From sequence record NC_028822.1: a DNA stretch of 40,829 nt; one strand, given 5' to 3'. The notes beneath the pieces were generated by a model, which worked only from the letters and a program-made list of their open reading frames with translations, did no database searches and was not told where the DNA came from. The position numbers and the translations under genes are program-made. This DNA is from Escherichia phage P483. Below, piece after piece: positions 9,768 through 18,997 of the stretch; within the stretch, counting starts at the first letter, position 1; each line of letters starts with the position of its first letter.

Positions 9768-10373
9768 TTATTTGCCTTGGCCTGTTGACTTAGCATCCGA
9801 AGCCTTAACCTTAGCGGTAGCCTTCTTAGCCAGCTTGCCCTCGAAGAGTCCACCAGCGGTTGCGATGCCAGCCAGCTTACCCATGCCCAAACCTAATGGG
9901 TCGATGATTTGCTCTAAACGGCCTTTGAGTTTTGGCTCGGACTTGTTGATTTCTTTAATCTGACTCACGGTGTTCTCATGGTTAGCTAAACGCTTCCCTA
10001 AGATGACACTATAGTCACGTTGGTAGTTCTCAGTGAGACCTTGAGACTCTCGAAGGAAGTCACCCTCGGTAACGCGGGTTACACGTTCCATAGAGTTACC
10101 TTCAAGCATCCCTTCACCGATTGCCGCGCGGATAGTCCCCATGTTTCTCACACGGTTCATATTCGATTGGGTCATCTCTTGCACGGTGGAGTCAATGAGG
10201 TCACGAGATTCTAACTTAAGGTTAGCTTCGTTGTAGTTCATCTCCTTCAGCATCTGCATACTTTGACGACGACCTTGGTCAATCTGTGCGGCCTTTGCCT
10301 GTTCACCCTGCATACCTCCCATAATCATGGAAGCGCCTTGCATAGCGATAGGGATTGCAGCCATCCAGCACAT
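9768..10373 (-). CDS. 14: Internal virion protein B (T7 gp14-like)
   Basis: 201 aa (T7 gp14 is 196 aa); position. Confidence 0.8.
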   Translation of the reverse strand: MCWMAAIPIAMQGASMIMGGMQGEQAKAAQIDQGRRQSMQMLKEMNYNEANLKLESRDLIDSTVQEMTQSNMNRVRNMGTIRAAIGEGMLEGNSMERVTRVTEGDFLRESQGLTENYQRDYSVILGKRLANHENTVSQIKEINKSEPKLKGRLEQIIDPLGLGMGKLAGIATAGGLFEGKLAKKATAKVKASDAKSTGQGK

Positions 10374-10375
10374 AG

Positions 10376-10789
10376 TTAACCTCCTATTGTGAATAGTTGG
10401 AATTGATTACTGTCACCAGTAAACTCATTGTGGAATACTGCGCCGATAGACTTCAAGAACCTAATGTGGGACTTATTGCCTATCCAGACATAGTTCCAGA
10501 TTATTGGATACTGTTTTAGCATCGTATCGCGGTACTCTAGAATGAGCTTGCGGAACTCTCTTCGTGTCTTCATGCTCAGTTTCCACACACGGGCAGACGT
10601 TACGAACCACACTTGGTCTCCACAGTTACCACCAATAGCCACAGGCATCCCATGAAGAGACATAGTGACACACTCAGAGGCTGGTGGAAATGAGGGTTCA
10701 ATGCCATAGGCTTTTGCCTCAGCGATGTCTTCAGGTGACGGTGTGAATCTCTCGAAGTCTGATTCTTTGGCAGGTCTGATTATTAACAT
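10376..10789 (-). CDS. 13: Internal virion / assembly protein (T7 gp13-like)
   Basis: 137 aa (T7 gp13 is 138 aa); preceded by promoter phi13. Confidence 0.8.
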   Translation of the reverse strand: MLIIRPAKESDFERFTPSPEDIAEAKAYGIEPSFPPASECVTMSLHGMPVAIGGNCGDQVWFVTSARVWKLSMKTRREFRKLILEYRDTMLKQYPIIWNYVWIGNKSHIRFLKSIGAVFHNEFTGDSNQFQLFTIGG

Positions 10790-10817
10790 AGAGTTTCTCT
10801 CCTATAGTATAAAACCC

Positions 10818-10840
10818 CTTCCCAATAGTGAGTCGTATTG
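10818..10840 (-). promoter_or_regulatory. Phage RNAP promoter phi13
   Basis: Minus strand reads CAATACGACTCACTATTGGGAAG. Confidence 0.85.
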
Positions 10841-10868
10841 TTCACTTATTGAGTCGGGGTGTTTCTAT

Positions 10869-13256
10869 TTAGATACCAGAAGTACGACGTAGGTAGTTAC
10901 CTTCCCAGCCACATCCAATCACGTTTAGTGGTGTAGTGTGGTCAGAGATAATACGGACCTCATTCAACTGTGCGTTGCCAGCAACCGGGAAGCGGAACTG
11001 ACCTGTACCAACGTTAAGTCCACCAGAGCGTAACGCATTGGAACCCAAGCGAGCACCCGCCATGTCATAGCTGAACAGTCGAGAGGTGTTCTCCACTTCC
11101 ACAACGAATGCGCCAGAGTCCTCATAGTTAACCCATGCGCGTCGAAGCTGCAAGCGACCAATGTCCTCGGTAGCCGTAGACCCATCGTCAGCGGTCTTCT
11201 TGATGAGGAACTTAGAGAACACGTAGCGGAAGTCAATTGCCATCCCAATGTAGATGGTCTCACCTTCTCGGTTCCCATTCATAGACAGGACAGGAACACC
11301 ATCAGGCCACCCACCACGCGGCTGGTCGAACCACGAGACTAAACCATCAGAGGCCACGATGTAGAACTTACCCAACCAATACTTCATCCCGTAGATGTCC
11401 ACAGGCTTGATAGTGGTCGTGTAGGTATCATCATTATAGGAACCTGTAGGAATCACGTACTTCATCTTGTTGTCAATGTACAGACGATAAGGCTCATCAG
11501 GGAAGTCAATGCTGTTCTTCGTAAAGTGAGCGCGGCACATCCAAGTGTGGGACTGGTTGCGCAGCACAAGGTACATGGTGGACCCGATAGAGTCACAAGC
11601 CAGAACCGTTACGTTACTTCCAAGTTCCCAATGTGACCACGACTGTTGAGCAATCTCTTCGTTGAGGTACAGGAATTTGTACAGGAAGATTTTACTCGGA
11701 GCGTTCGCAGAGAGCACGGAGATGAAGTTCTCAGTACCGGAGCCACGAATGGAGAACACACCGTTCGGAATGTAACTTGGAACGTGAGCACTCATATCCT
11801 CAGCAGACTTCACGGAGCTAACATCCTGTACCGCATAGTAACGGTTCAGTGACGTGTAGGAAGCACGAGGTGACGCAAAATAAACACCACGTCCAACACC
11901 AAAAGGTCTCGCTCGGTCTGACACATCGAACTCGGTCGTGAGGTTCAACTCTACGGACTTCGGAGAGAGGATACCTTGAGCAGACAACACGAACTGTGCT
12001 TGGTCTGACCATAGGAGTAACTCTTCGGAGAACGGTACAGCGTACTTCAGGATAGAGATACGGTTGTGGGACACTGCTACGTCAATCGGGTCATCGTCGG
12101 ATAGGTTAGCCACGGACGCAGGGAACAATGAGAAATACTTGGATGTACGGGACATCACAATGTTCTCACCAGCAAGGAACCCTAAGCGGTTACGGAAGAA
12201 GAACACATCGTTAATCGTCTGGTCAACAATAGACGGAGTAGGGTTAGTATCCATGTCGCCACAGGTACGCTGTGACCACGGAAGGGCTTGCATCTGGAAT
12301 GAACCATCAGACTGACGCACAAGAGCATGAGGCATCGTGTCACCATTGAGTCCCTTCTGTACTCCCCAACCAGCCACCTCTTTCCACACCTTCTTCACGT
12401 TGTCGTACTGAACGTAGAACTGGTCGGAAGTCTTAGAGGTGTCACCTACAATCTTCACTGTGTATCCATTAGGAGCCTCAAGGGGCAACTTACTGAATGA
12501 CTGGCTGGTGTGCATCACTGCGTTCATCAACTGGTTGGCGTAGCCATCTTCAGTGGACAGTGAGTTAATCTGGCTGTTACCCGGAGCAATCACATGGATG
12601 AACCCCGGCCCTTCGTCGAACTTCCAGTCCTTAAAGGAACCGTGAGCACGAGCAAGGCCAGCTAGTTTCTTAACGAGCCACTGTGCGTCTGTCTCCTGTA
12701 CAGCCTGTTCAGCACCATCACCGACACCGTTGTGAATCTTGTATGAGATACGTACACCGTTGATAGTGAATGCCAGTGTACGCCCATACTGACCACCACG
12801 GACGTTAATCAAACAGTCTCCATTCTCCTTTAGGCTATACAGAGGGGCAGTGTCAGCGCGTACCACCATGTTACGGTTTACGATAAACGTATAGTCAGCC
12901 ACAGTGACCATCCTTAAGTCATCTCGTGGATTCCCTACCTTCACGTAGGACAAGTCACCCTTCACAGTATACTCTTTACCATTGAGGTCGAACACTCGAA
13001 CACCCTGTCCGGTAAACACTACGTAATACTGTTCGACACTATCTCGGTTGATGAGGTGAACGAGAGGTTTGGCACCAAGGGCATTCTGGTCTCCAATGGT
13101 CTTAGTGAAGACAAAAGGTGGACGCTTCTGAAGACCCTCAGTCTCAGACGACCAAGCGTTAATCTGTTCGGCACCCTGTTCGGGGAACCTTAAGATGTCT
13201 GGCTGTTGACTGATACCGCCTTTCAGGTTCTTGACGGATTGTGAAATAAGAGCCAT
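10869..13256 (-). CDS. 12: Tail tubular protein B (T7 gp12-like)
   Basis: Start moved to internal ATG at 13256 (MALISQSVKNLKGGISQQPDILR...), matching the T7 gp12 N-terminus as recalled; 795 aa. Confidence 0.9.
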   Translation of the reverse strand: MALISQSVKNLKGGISQQPDILRFPEQGAEQINAWSSETEGLQKRPPFVFTKTIGDQNALGAKPLVHLINRDSVEQYYVVFTGQGVRVFDLNGKEYTVKGDLSYVKVGNPRDDLRMVTVADYTFIVNRNMVVRADTAPLYSLKENGDCLINVRGGQYGRTLAFTINGVRISYKIHNGVGDGAEQAVQETDAQWLVKKLAGLARAHGSFKDWKFDEGPGFIHVIAPGNSQINSLSTEDGYANQLMNAVMHTSQSFSKLPLEAPNGYTVKIVGDTSKTSDQFYVQYDNVKKVWKEVAGWGVQKGLNGDTMPHALVRQSDGSFQMQALPWSQRTCGDMDTNPTPSIVDQTINDVFFFRNRLGFLAGENIVMSRTSKYFSLFPASVANLSDDDPIDVAVSHNRISILKYAVPFSEELLLWSDQAQFVLSAQGILSPKSVELNLTTEFDVSDRARPFGVGRGVYFASPRASYTSLNRYYAVQDVSSVKSAEDMSAHVPSYIPNGVFSIRGSGTENFISVLSANAPSKIFLYKFLYLNEEIAQQSWSHWELGSNVTVLACDSIGSTMYLVLRNQSHTWMCRAHFTKNSIDFPDEPYRLYIDNKMKYVIPTGSYNDDTYTTTIKPVDIYGMKYWLGKFYIVASDGLVSWFDQPRGGWPDGVPVLSMNGNREGETIYIGMAIDFRYVFSKFLIKKTADDGSTATEDIGRLQLRRAWVNYEDSGAFVVEVENTSRLFSYDMAGARLGSNALRSGGLNVGTGQFRFPVAGNAQLNEVRIISDHTTPLNVIGCGWEGNYLRRTSGI

Positions 13257-13281
13257 TAGAGACCTCCTTAAATTATTATCA

Positions 13282-13872
13282 TTAACGAGACAGCAGACCA
13301 CCAGTGAAGGCATCACCATCAAGCATGTTGAAGTTACCGAAGTCCAGTTCGTACTCGGCACACTGCATCTTCGCTTCCTGTTCCTCTTCAGCCAACACAG
13401 CGTCAATCTCAGGTGCACCGAAGAACCTGTTGTTAAACTGACGGGCAGCTTTAGTGACAATCCAGGAGCGGAAGCATTCAGGCATCTCGTAGAACTCTCT
13501 CAGTTTAATGATGGTCACAGTGATAGGGTTCTGGAACACATCGGTTCCTGTAGTCCGGTCATAGACGTAACCACCACGGTTAACGTAAGCGGTCGCGCCT
13601 CCTTCAGACAGTACGGACAGGTAGTCAGACATATAGGGAATCAATCCGTTGAACACATCAGGCAGCAACTGTTGGCCTTCCTCAATGTTGAACGTCCAGC
13701 CCTTCGACTGAATCTGACGGTTAATCTTATTGAGAACTCGACGTGCGTTAGCGACATCGGCGTTAGCATCACCTTCCAAAGTGGAGACTGGCGGTTCACC
13801 GATAGAGGACAAGATGTCATTGACCGCAGCTAACTCTTCCCCAGTCTCTAGGGTTGTTTCATAGGAACGCAT
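13282..13872 (-). CDS. 11: Tail tubular protein A (T7 gp11-like)
   Basis: 196 aa, same length as T7 gp11 and highly similar as recalled. Confidence 0.9.
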   Translation of the reverse strand: MRSYETTLETGEELAAVNDILSSIGEPPVSTLEGDANADVANARRVLNKINRQIQSKGWTFNIEEGQQLLPDVFNGLIPYMSDYLSVLSEGGATAYVNRGGYVYDRTTGTDVFQNPITVTIIKLREFYEMPECFRSWIVTKAARQFNNRFFGAPEIDAVLAEEEQEAKMQCAEYELDFGNFNMLDGDAFTGGLLSR

Positions 13873-13895
13873 GTTGGTATCCTCCTGTTGTAGCG

Positions 13896-13936
13896 AAAAA
13901 ACCCCTCAAGCACCCGCGAAGGCACCCAAGGGGTTT
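13896..13936 (-). terminator. Tphi-like intrinsic terminator downstream of capsid gene
   Basis: Minus-strand RNA CCCCUUGGGUGCC-UUCGC-GGGUGCUUGAGGGG followed by UUUUUU; G-U rich stem as in T7 Tphi. Confidence 0.8.
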
Positions 13937-13948
13937 CATATAGTTTAC

Positions 13949-15117
13949 TTACTGTGCAGCAGCCAGTTTCGCCGCCTTGTTAGCAGCACGGGTACGAGCG
14001 GCTTTCTGTTGTGGCGTTAGCTCTTGCTCAACTTCAGTAGGAGACTCAGTGTCCCCTACGAGTTTGCGAGAAGTTAAGCCGTTTTGAAAACCAGCGCGCC
14101 TACTGCTTCAGGACGCAGACCACCGTGACCCATCGCGTACTTAGCGATAATCTGGTCAGCCTGATAGTTAGCACGACGAGCACGTTCCAGCGCCATGTCT
14201 TTCAGCTTAACAGTACCAACGGCAGAGCGGTGGCAGAACAGGCCAACAACGTTATCCAGAGCAACTTTGGTATCACCAGAAGCGGTCTCAGGGAATGCGT
14301 GTTTCTGACCAGTCGGGTTCACACCCTCTTCCGGACGGTCATCACCAGCACCACCAACGGTCAGATGCGGAACTTCAATAACTTCGAAGCCCATGACGTT
14401 GCGGATAGAACCAGTAGACGGGTCAATCAGAGCCTGATAGTTTGCAGCGTTAGGCATCAGAGCAGCCAGAATCGCAGAGTAGTTATCAGGAGTGGTGTAG
14501 AAGGTACGGTCCGCAGACGGAACATAGTTCTTAGTCAGACGGGCACGAGCCAGAGTCAACTGTGCAATGATAGCCTGACCCAGCTTAACTTGGTCACCTT
14601 GCAGGTCAGCCGCAGCGCCTACTTCCAGAACACTTGCAGTACCCAAGCCAGCGATGTTCTCGTTGCTTGCAGCCGGAAGGTTACACAGTTTAGCCATTTC
14701 AGCCAGAACCGCGCCGTCAGCAGCCAGAGCCAGAGACTCACCCAACTGAGCGGTATATTCGGAACGCACGTCATAGTGGTTCATTGCGTCTTCGATGTCG
14801 TAAATCAGAACGTCAGCAGTCAGCAGACCGTCAATGTTAATGGTCTTCTCAGTATGCTTCATGTCTTTACGTTTGTCATCAAGGTTCTCACCCGGTTGCA
14901 GATAAGCAGCTTTGGTACGACCCAGCACAGGGAACTGCGCGGACTTACCGGACTGAATAGAACGCACGAGGTGTTTGTTCATAGTTACTGAGGTACGGGT
15001 AAATGCAGTCAGAACTTCACCGCCGAAGACCTTCAGGAACAGAGCCAGTTTATCACCAGCGCTCATGCCTTTACCTTGGTCCTTACCAATCTGTTGTCCA
15101 CCAGTCATGTTAGCCAT
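13949..15117 (-). CDS. 10: Minor capsid protein 10B, predicted by -1 ribosomal frameshift near the end of 10A
   Basis: The -1 frame is open for about 45 codons after the GGTTTTC heptamer (minus strand, about 14080-14090) and ends at TAA (13949-13951) just before the terminator, mirroring T7 10B. Confidence 0.5.
14074..15117 (-). CDS. 10: Major capsid protein 10A
   Basis: 347 aa; MANMTGGQQIGKDQGKG... closely matches T7 gp10A as recalled. Confidence 0.95.
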   Translation of the reverse strand: MANMTGGQQIGKDQGKGMSAGDKLALFLKVFGGEVLTAFTRTSVTMNKHLVRSIQSGKSAQFPVLGRTKAAYLQPGENLDDKRKDMKHTEKTINIDGLLTADVLIYDIEDAMNHYDVRSEYTAQLGESLALAADGAVLAEMAKLCNLPAASNENIAGLGTASVLEVGAAADLQGDQVKLGQAIIAQLTLARARLTKNYVPSADRTFYTTPDNYSAILAALMPNAANYQALIDPSTGSIRNVMGFEVIEVPHLTVGGAGDDRPEEGVNPTGQKHAFPETASGDTKVALDNVVGLFCHRSAVGTVKLKDMALERARRANYQADQIIAKYAMGHGGLRPEAVGALVFKTA

Positions 15118-15258
15118 GTTGAATCTCCTTCTGTTGATTTATGATAAAAGTTTAAATGTGAGGTACTACTTGAAACGAGTTGGTTCTCATTGTGTATCAC
15201 TCAAAGGAAACACGAAGGACTCGAACCTTCAGACCAGACCTCACTCAATCTGGATGTG

Positions 15259-15281
15259 TCTCCCAATAGTGAGTCGTATTA
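15259..15281 (-). promoter_or_regulatory. Phage RNAP promoter phi10
   Basis: Minus strand reads TAATACGACTCACTATTGGGAGA. Confidence 0.9.
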
Positions 15282-15284
15282 ATT

Positions 15285-16232
15285 TTAGAACTGACTGTAC
15301 ATCATCTTGCGCTCAACTTCCGCACGGAACTTACTGTCGTGACGATAGCGAGGGTCGGACATTGCAGCAATCATTTCAGCCTGTGACTCAAAGCCAGACT
15401 GTTTGGTGCGTACAGGTGCAGCAGGTACAGCACGTTTAGAGATACTACGGGCAGCAGGTTTACCGAAAGTCTTTGCACGGCTTGCACCAGCGAGATTAAC
15501 GATAGCTTTAACTGTTGCGAGGTCACGGTTCTCCAAGGCACTAATCAGAGACTCGGCAGCATCCGGGTTGGACACTTCGAGATGATTGTAGATTGCTTGG
15601 AACTGTGCTTCACCGCCAGCATACTCCATAACGGACTGAACATACTGTTCTACCAGTGCTTCCTGACCACGAATGTAAGAGTCAACAAAAGACTTGGAGT
15701 AACCAGCTTTGGCTAACTCTTCGTAAGACTCTTCGGACAGACCGTCCTCTCCGTATTCCTGTTGGATACGAACAATGGTTTCTTCTGACAGACCACGTTC
15801 AGCAGCCTGATTGACCATCTCTTCGAAACCTGCTTCGTGCTCTTCGAGTTGACTTGAGGCTTCATTCAGTTCGTCTGGAACGTCACCCACAGGTTCAAAC
15901 TCTTCGGAACCTTCTTCGTTGCCTTCGGAGTAATCAACCTCACCCTCTTCGGTCTCTTCAGATTCACCATCAGTGGAGATACGAATCTCAGTACGATTCT
16001 CATCCTCTTCACCAAACGGGTCTGGATTACCATAAGGGTCATCATTGCCAACTAACTCGATTGCATCATCGCCATCACGGGCAGCAACATCGAGTTCAAG
16101 CATAGCCTGTTCGTGGTCAGTAGGAGTAGACCCACCGACAACCGCAGAGTTCACACCGAAAGATGCGTAAACGTCAGCATTAGATTCACCGGACATATTG
16201 TATCTCCTTTGATAATAAAGTTTAGAACTCAA
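15285..16232 (-). CDS. 9: Capsid assembly scaffolding protein (T7 gp9-like)
   Basis: 315 aa, very acidic with Glu/Asp-rich stretches; position between portal and capsid. Confidence 0.85.
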   Translation of the reverse strand: MSSKLYYQRRYNMSGESNADVYASFGVNSAVVGGSTPTDHEQAMLELDVAARDGDDAIELVGNDDPYGNPDPFGEEDENRTEIRISTDGESEETEEGEVDYSEGNEEGSEEFEPVGDVPDELNEASSQLEEHEAGFEEMVNQAAERGLSEETIVRIQQEYGEDGLSEESYEELAKAGYSKSFVDSYIRGQEALVEQYVQSVMEYAGGEAQFQAIYNHLEVSNPDAAESLISALENRDLATVKAIVNLAGASRAKTFGKPAARSISKRAVPAAPVRTKQSGFESQAEMIAAMSDPRYRHDSKFRAEVERKMMYSQF

Positions 16233-16249
16233 AGGGAGGACGTAGTGTC

Positions 16250-16272
16250 TCTCCCATTAGTGAGTCGTATTA
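16250..16272 (-). promoter_or_regulatory. Phage RNAP promoter phi9
   Basis: Minus strand reads TAATACGACTCACTAATGGGAGA. Confidence 0.85.
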
Positions 16273-17877
16273 ATTAGGAACCATACCAGCCTGTGCAGCA
16301 GCAGCTTCCATGTTCTCAGGACTTGCAGTAGCCAGCGCACCAGCACCAGCACCAGCAGACGCAGCAGCGTTCTCCAGAGCAGTACCTTGAGCGGACTCAG
16401 CCATTTCCTGTTGTTTCTCTTCAGGTGTCTTAAGGATACCAGAAGTGTCGATGCCGATAGCGTTCGCAATGCGCAACTTAATGGTCGCAATGTTGATGTC
16501 CGGGTCTTGCTGCATAGGAGCCAGAGCAGACCATGCGGCGATACAACGTTCCAGCTTATCGAGGTCTTGACCGCGACCCAATGCTTCCATCCCGGTACTG
16601 ATAGTAGGCTCAACGGCCTCTTTCGGTAACTCAGGAATCTGATTGGTTGCTTGAAGTTGCTTCAGAAGGACACGAACCATCGGTAATTGAAGTTCCTGTG
16701 AGAGAATCGAATAGACGCCACCAAGGGTATCTTCGAGTTCAGATGCAACATAACGAATCTCTTCGGCAGTCACACGCTCACCAGTACGTTGCACAGCGGA
16801 GTTCAACATAAAGGCATAGGATAGTCGGCCCTCAATCTGTTCACTCACAGCTTTCGCTACAGAGAAGTCTGCGGCCTTTTCAAGCTGAAGGAACGAGATG
16901 TCTTCTGGACGACCGGACACGAAGTCACCTGTCTGTGCTTTGGTCAAACGACGAACCTGTGTGATACCAGCAGGGTTAACCAAGCCGATAACTTTTGCAC
17001 TAATCATTGACATCTTAACGATAGCTTCTTGGAGGTTCTCAAGGGACCGTAAGTCACCTAAGTATTCCTCACAGTAAGAACGACCATATGATTCTCCATC
17101 AATGCGTACCATGCGAACCGGGATATAAGGACAAGCGTCCACCGGGTAAGAAGCATCTGTACCATCGACTTCAACACCATCAATCTCTTCGTACTTGAGG
17201 TACTCACCAGATTCTTCGTCAAGATAAATGTGAGTGTACACATCAATCATCTCGTCACCCTTATGTTCCTGACCGGAGTCCATAGAGTTCCTTACGTCTT
17301 CGGGTAGTGCTGCATAGGCAGTCTTATCCAAGGTCACAATCTGTAGTACCGTGCCGAATGCGTCTCGTTGGACAACATAAGAAGACAGGCGGTATAACTT
17401 CATGGGATTGTAAGTACCTTCAGGTTCAGGAATGTACAGCAGAGCGTTACCTGCTACGACTAACTGCTTTAGGGTCTCAAAGAGTGTCACACGGTATGAG
17501 TTTGACTCGATGTAGTTCATCAAGATTCGCTCGACCATAGAGAGACCTTCTTCGACCTTCGCCAGTTCAGCAGGTTGTGCTACCAATTGTTTCGCTTCGA
17601 ACTCAGATATGGTCAACTTCATCCAAGTCTGCATAGGGAACAGAGCAAGCATGAGCTTAGAGGCCAAGTTGTTCAGACCACGAGCGCCCACTGCTTGCCA
17701 CGGAGTCGTGTAGTCAGTAGAGGCGTTGTCGGAGTCTTTAGGGAACAACGAAGGGATGGTGTACTTCGCACAGTTTTCCGCACGGGTCTCATAGGAGTTC
17801 CGGTCGTTCTTCAATGAGTCATACACCGCCTTGGCACCATTCTCAGCGAAGCCTTCACGTTTCTGTGAGCTTGCCAT
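16270..17877 (-). CDS. 8: Head-to-tail connector / portal protein (T7 gp8-like)
   Basis: 535 aa (T7 gp8 is 536 aa); position. Confidence 0.9.
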   Translation of the reverse strand: MASSQKREGFAENGAKAVYDSLKNDRNSYETRAENCAKYTIPSLFPKDSDNASTDYTTPWQAVGARGLNNLASKLMLALFPMQTWMKLTISEFEAKQLVAQPAELAKVEEGLSMVERILMNYIESNSYRVTLFETLKQLVVAGNALLYIPEPEGTYNPMKLYRLSSYVVQRDAFGTVLQIVTLDKTAYAALPEDVRNSMDSGQEHKGDEMIDVYTHIYLDEESGEYLKYEEIDGVEVDGTDASYPVDACPYIPVRMVRIDGESYGRSYCEEYLGDLRSLENLQEAIVKMSMISAKVIGLVNPAGITQVRRLTKAQTGDFVSGRPEDISFLQLEKAADFSVAKAVSEQIEGRLSYAFMLNSAVQRTGERVTAEEIRYVASELEDTLGGVYSILSQELQLPMVRVLLKQLQATNQIPELPKEAVEPTISTGMEALGRGQDLDKLERCIAAWSALAPMQQDPDINIATIKLRIANAIGIDTSGILKTPEEKQQEMAESAQGTALENAAASAGAGAGALATASPENMEAAAAQAGMVPN

Positions 17878-17891
17878 TTAGCGCCTCCTTG

Positions 17892-18257
17892 TTAGATATT
17901 AAGACCACCGCCAGAACTACGAGCGACACTAAGTGATTTCTTACCACCAGCACGAGCTTTCTTCTTGCCAGATTCGGTCTGTGCATCATCATCTGTGTCC
18001 ACATCGTCTTTACTCGGCGGCTCGATAATCTGTGCAGCAGCAGGAGCCGGAGCAGCTACAGGAGCAGCTTGTTCAACTACCTGTACATCAGGCTTACCAC
18101 CAGTAAGAGCACCAGCAACGCCACCTACAGCTTTACCAGCTTCCTTACCGACCTTCTCGACTACCTTACCAGTTTCCTTGACTACCTTCTCGATAGGCTT
18201 AGTTACTTTCTTGATAGTCTTTTTGATTTTCTTACGAATCTTTTTACCCCAACCCAT
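17892..18257 (-). CDS. 7.3: Tail assembly / host-range protein (T7 gp7.3-like)
   Basis: C-terminus ...TESGKKKARAGGKKSLSVARSSGGGLNI matches T7 gp7.3 as recalled; Lys-rich N-terminus; SD AGGAGG. Confidence 0.75.
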   Translation of the reverse strand: MGWGKKIRKKIKKTIKKVTKPIEKVVKETGKVVEKVGKEAGKAVGGVAGALTGGKPDVQVVEQAAPVAAPAPAAAQIIEPPSKDDVDTDDDAQTESGKKKARAGGKKSLSVARSSGGGLNI

Positions 18258-18271
18258 GATAAACCTCCTAA

Positions 18272-18547
18272 TTATTTCTTCTTAAAGACACTGGTACGGA
18301 TACCAGACTTGGACTTCTTCTTGGCAGCAGCGGAGTCTGCCTTCTTGGATTTCTCAACGGAGTCATCCAGTTTCACCTTCAGGGACTTCTTACCACCCGT
18401 TGGTACCTCAGAAGAGGTTCCGCTATCGTTGTCCTCTTCGCCACCAAAGAGAATACCTTTCGGTTCCTCAGTCAGTGGAGCAGGGTCGATAGCTCGGATG
18501 GATTCAGTCTTTACTTTAGGTGTCTTAATCTTTGGTGAAAAGCACAT
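18272..18547 (-). CDS. 6.7: Small virion protein (T7 gp6.7-like)
   Basis: N-terminus MCFSPKIKTPK matches T7 gp6.7 as recalled; SD GGAGGT. Confidence 0.7.
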   Translation of the reverse strand: MCFSPKIKTPKVKTESIRAIDPAPLTEEPKGILFGGEEDNDSGTSSEVPTGGKKSLKVKLDDSVEKSKKADSAAAKKKSKSGIRTSVFKKK

Positions 18548-18562
18548 AAGACCTCCATAACA

Positions 18563-18808
18563 CTAGGACTCAGCCTGTTCCTTACGGATTGCCTCCATGT
18601 CATCCAGAGTTTGAGACGCATAGTTGAGACCCGCGAGGAACCCAGCGATGTAGCTTTCAGACCATCCAGCCTGTTTCAATCGGTTGATTAGTCCTGACTG
18701 AATAGCATATCCAGCATTGTATTGAACCTGTAGGTACTCCATAGTTGCACGAGGCACATTAGGAATATCTTGTGGGTTCTCCATATACTTCTTGATAGGG
18801 GTTAACAT
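18563..18808 (-). CDS. Hypothetical protein (T7 gene 6.5 position)
   Basis: Start at internal ATG 18808 with SD AAGGAGA; 81 aa; follows promoter phi6.5. Confidence 0.7.
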   Translation of the reverse strand: MLTPIKKYMENPQDIPNVPRATMEYLQVQYNAGYAIQSGLINRLKQAGWSESYIAGFLAGLNYASQTLDDMEAIRKEQAES

Positions 18809-18859
18809 AATTAATGTTCTCCTTAAAGTTAAACTTAAAGTAGGTATCATATAGGCACC

Positions 18860-18882
18860 CCTCTCAATAGTGAGTCGTATTG
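18860..18882 (-). promoter_or_regulatory. Phage RNAP promoter phi6.5
   Basis: Minus strand reads CAATACGACTCACTATTGAGAGG. Confidence 0.8.
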
Positions 18883-18910
18883 ATTTCACTGTCGAGAAGA
18901 ATGCCTAGAG

Positions 18911-18997
18911 TTACACACTCTTAGCTATAAATGCAGCCCACACCATAGCGAAGGCTACGATTGCGAACATTACGAACGCAACTGTTCCGGCGACCAT
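18911..18997 (-). CDS. Small hydrophobic peptide (T7 gene 6.3 position)
   Basis: 28 codons, MVAGTVAFVMFAIVAFAMVWAAFIAKSV, SD AGGAGA 7 nt upstream; not in the ORF track (under 60 aa). Confidence 0.5.
   Translation of the reverse strand: MVAGTVAFVMFAIVAFAMVWAAFIAKSV

Noticed and set aside
10964-11278. Short minus-strand ORFs nested in alternative frames of large genes (10964..11278, 11609..11791, 31318..31632, 38835..39161, 39507..39731, 16257..16613)
   Set aside because: Embedded in conserved coding sequence with no independent translation signals. I did not check for T7-style embedded genes such as 4.1/4.2 or 19.2/19.3, so some could be real
14125-14991. Plus-strand ORFs antisense to core genes (for example 14125..14991, 7384..7881, 5769..6137, 38056..38520, 13231..13833)
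   Set aside because: All are antisense to strongly conserved minus-strand genes, lack promoters and SDs, and T7-family genomes are transcribed from one strand only
15214-15230. tRNA-like element in the capsid mRNA leader: GAAGGUUCGAGUCCUUC, a 5-bp stem with a 7-nt loop matching the tRNA T-arm consensus
   Set aside because: No D-arm, anticodon arm or acceptor stem can be built from the flanking sequence and only about 59 nt are available; more likely a leader hairpin than a tRNA gene
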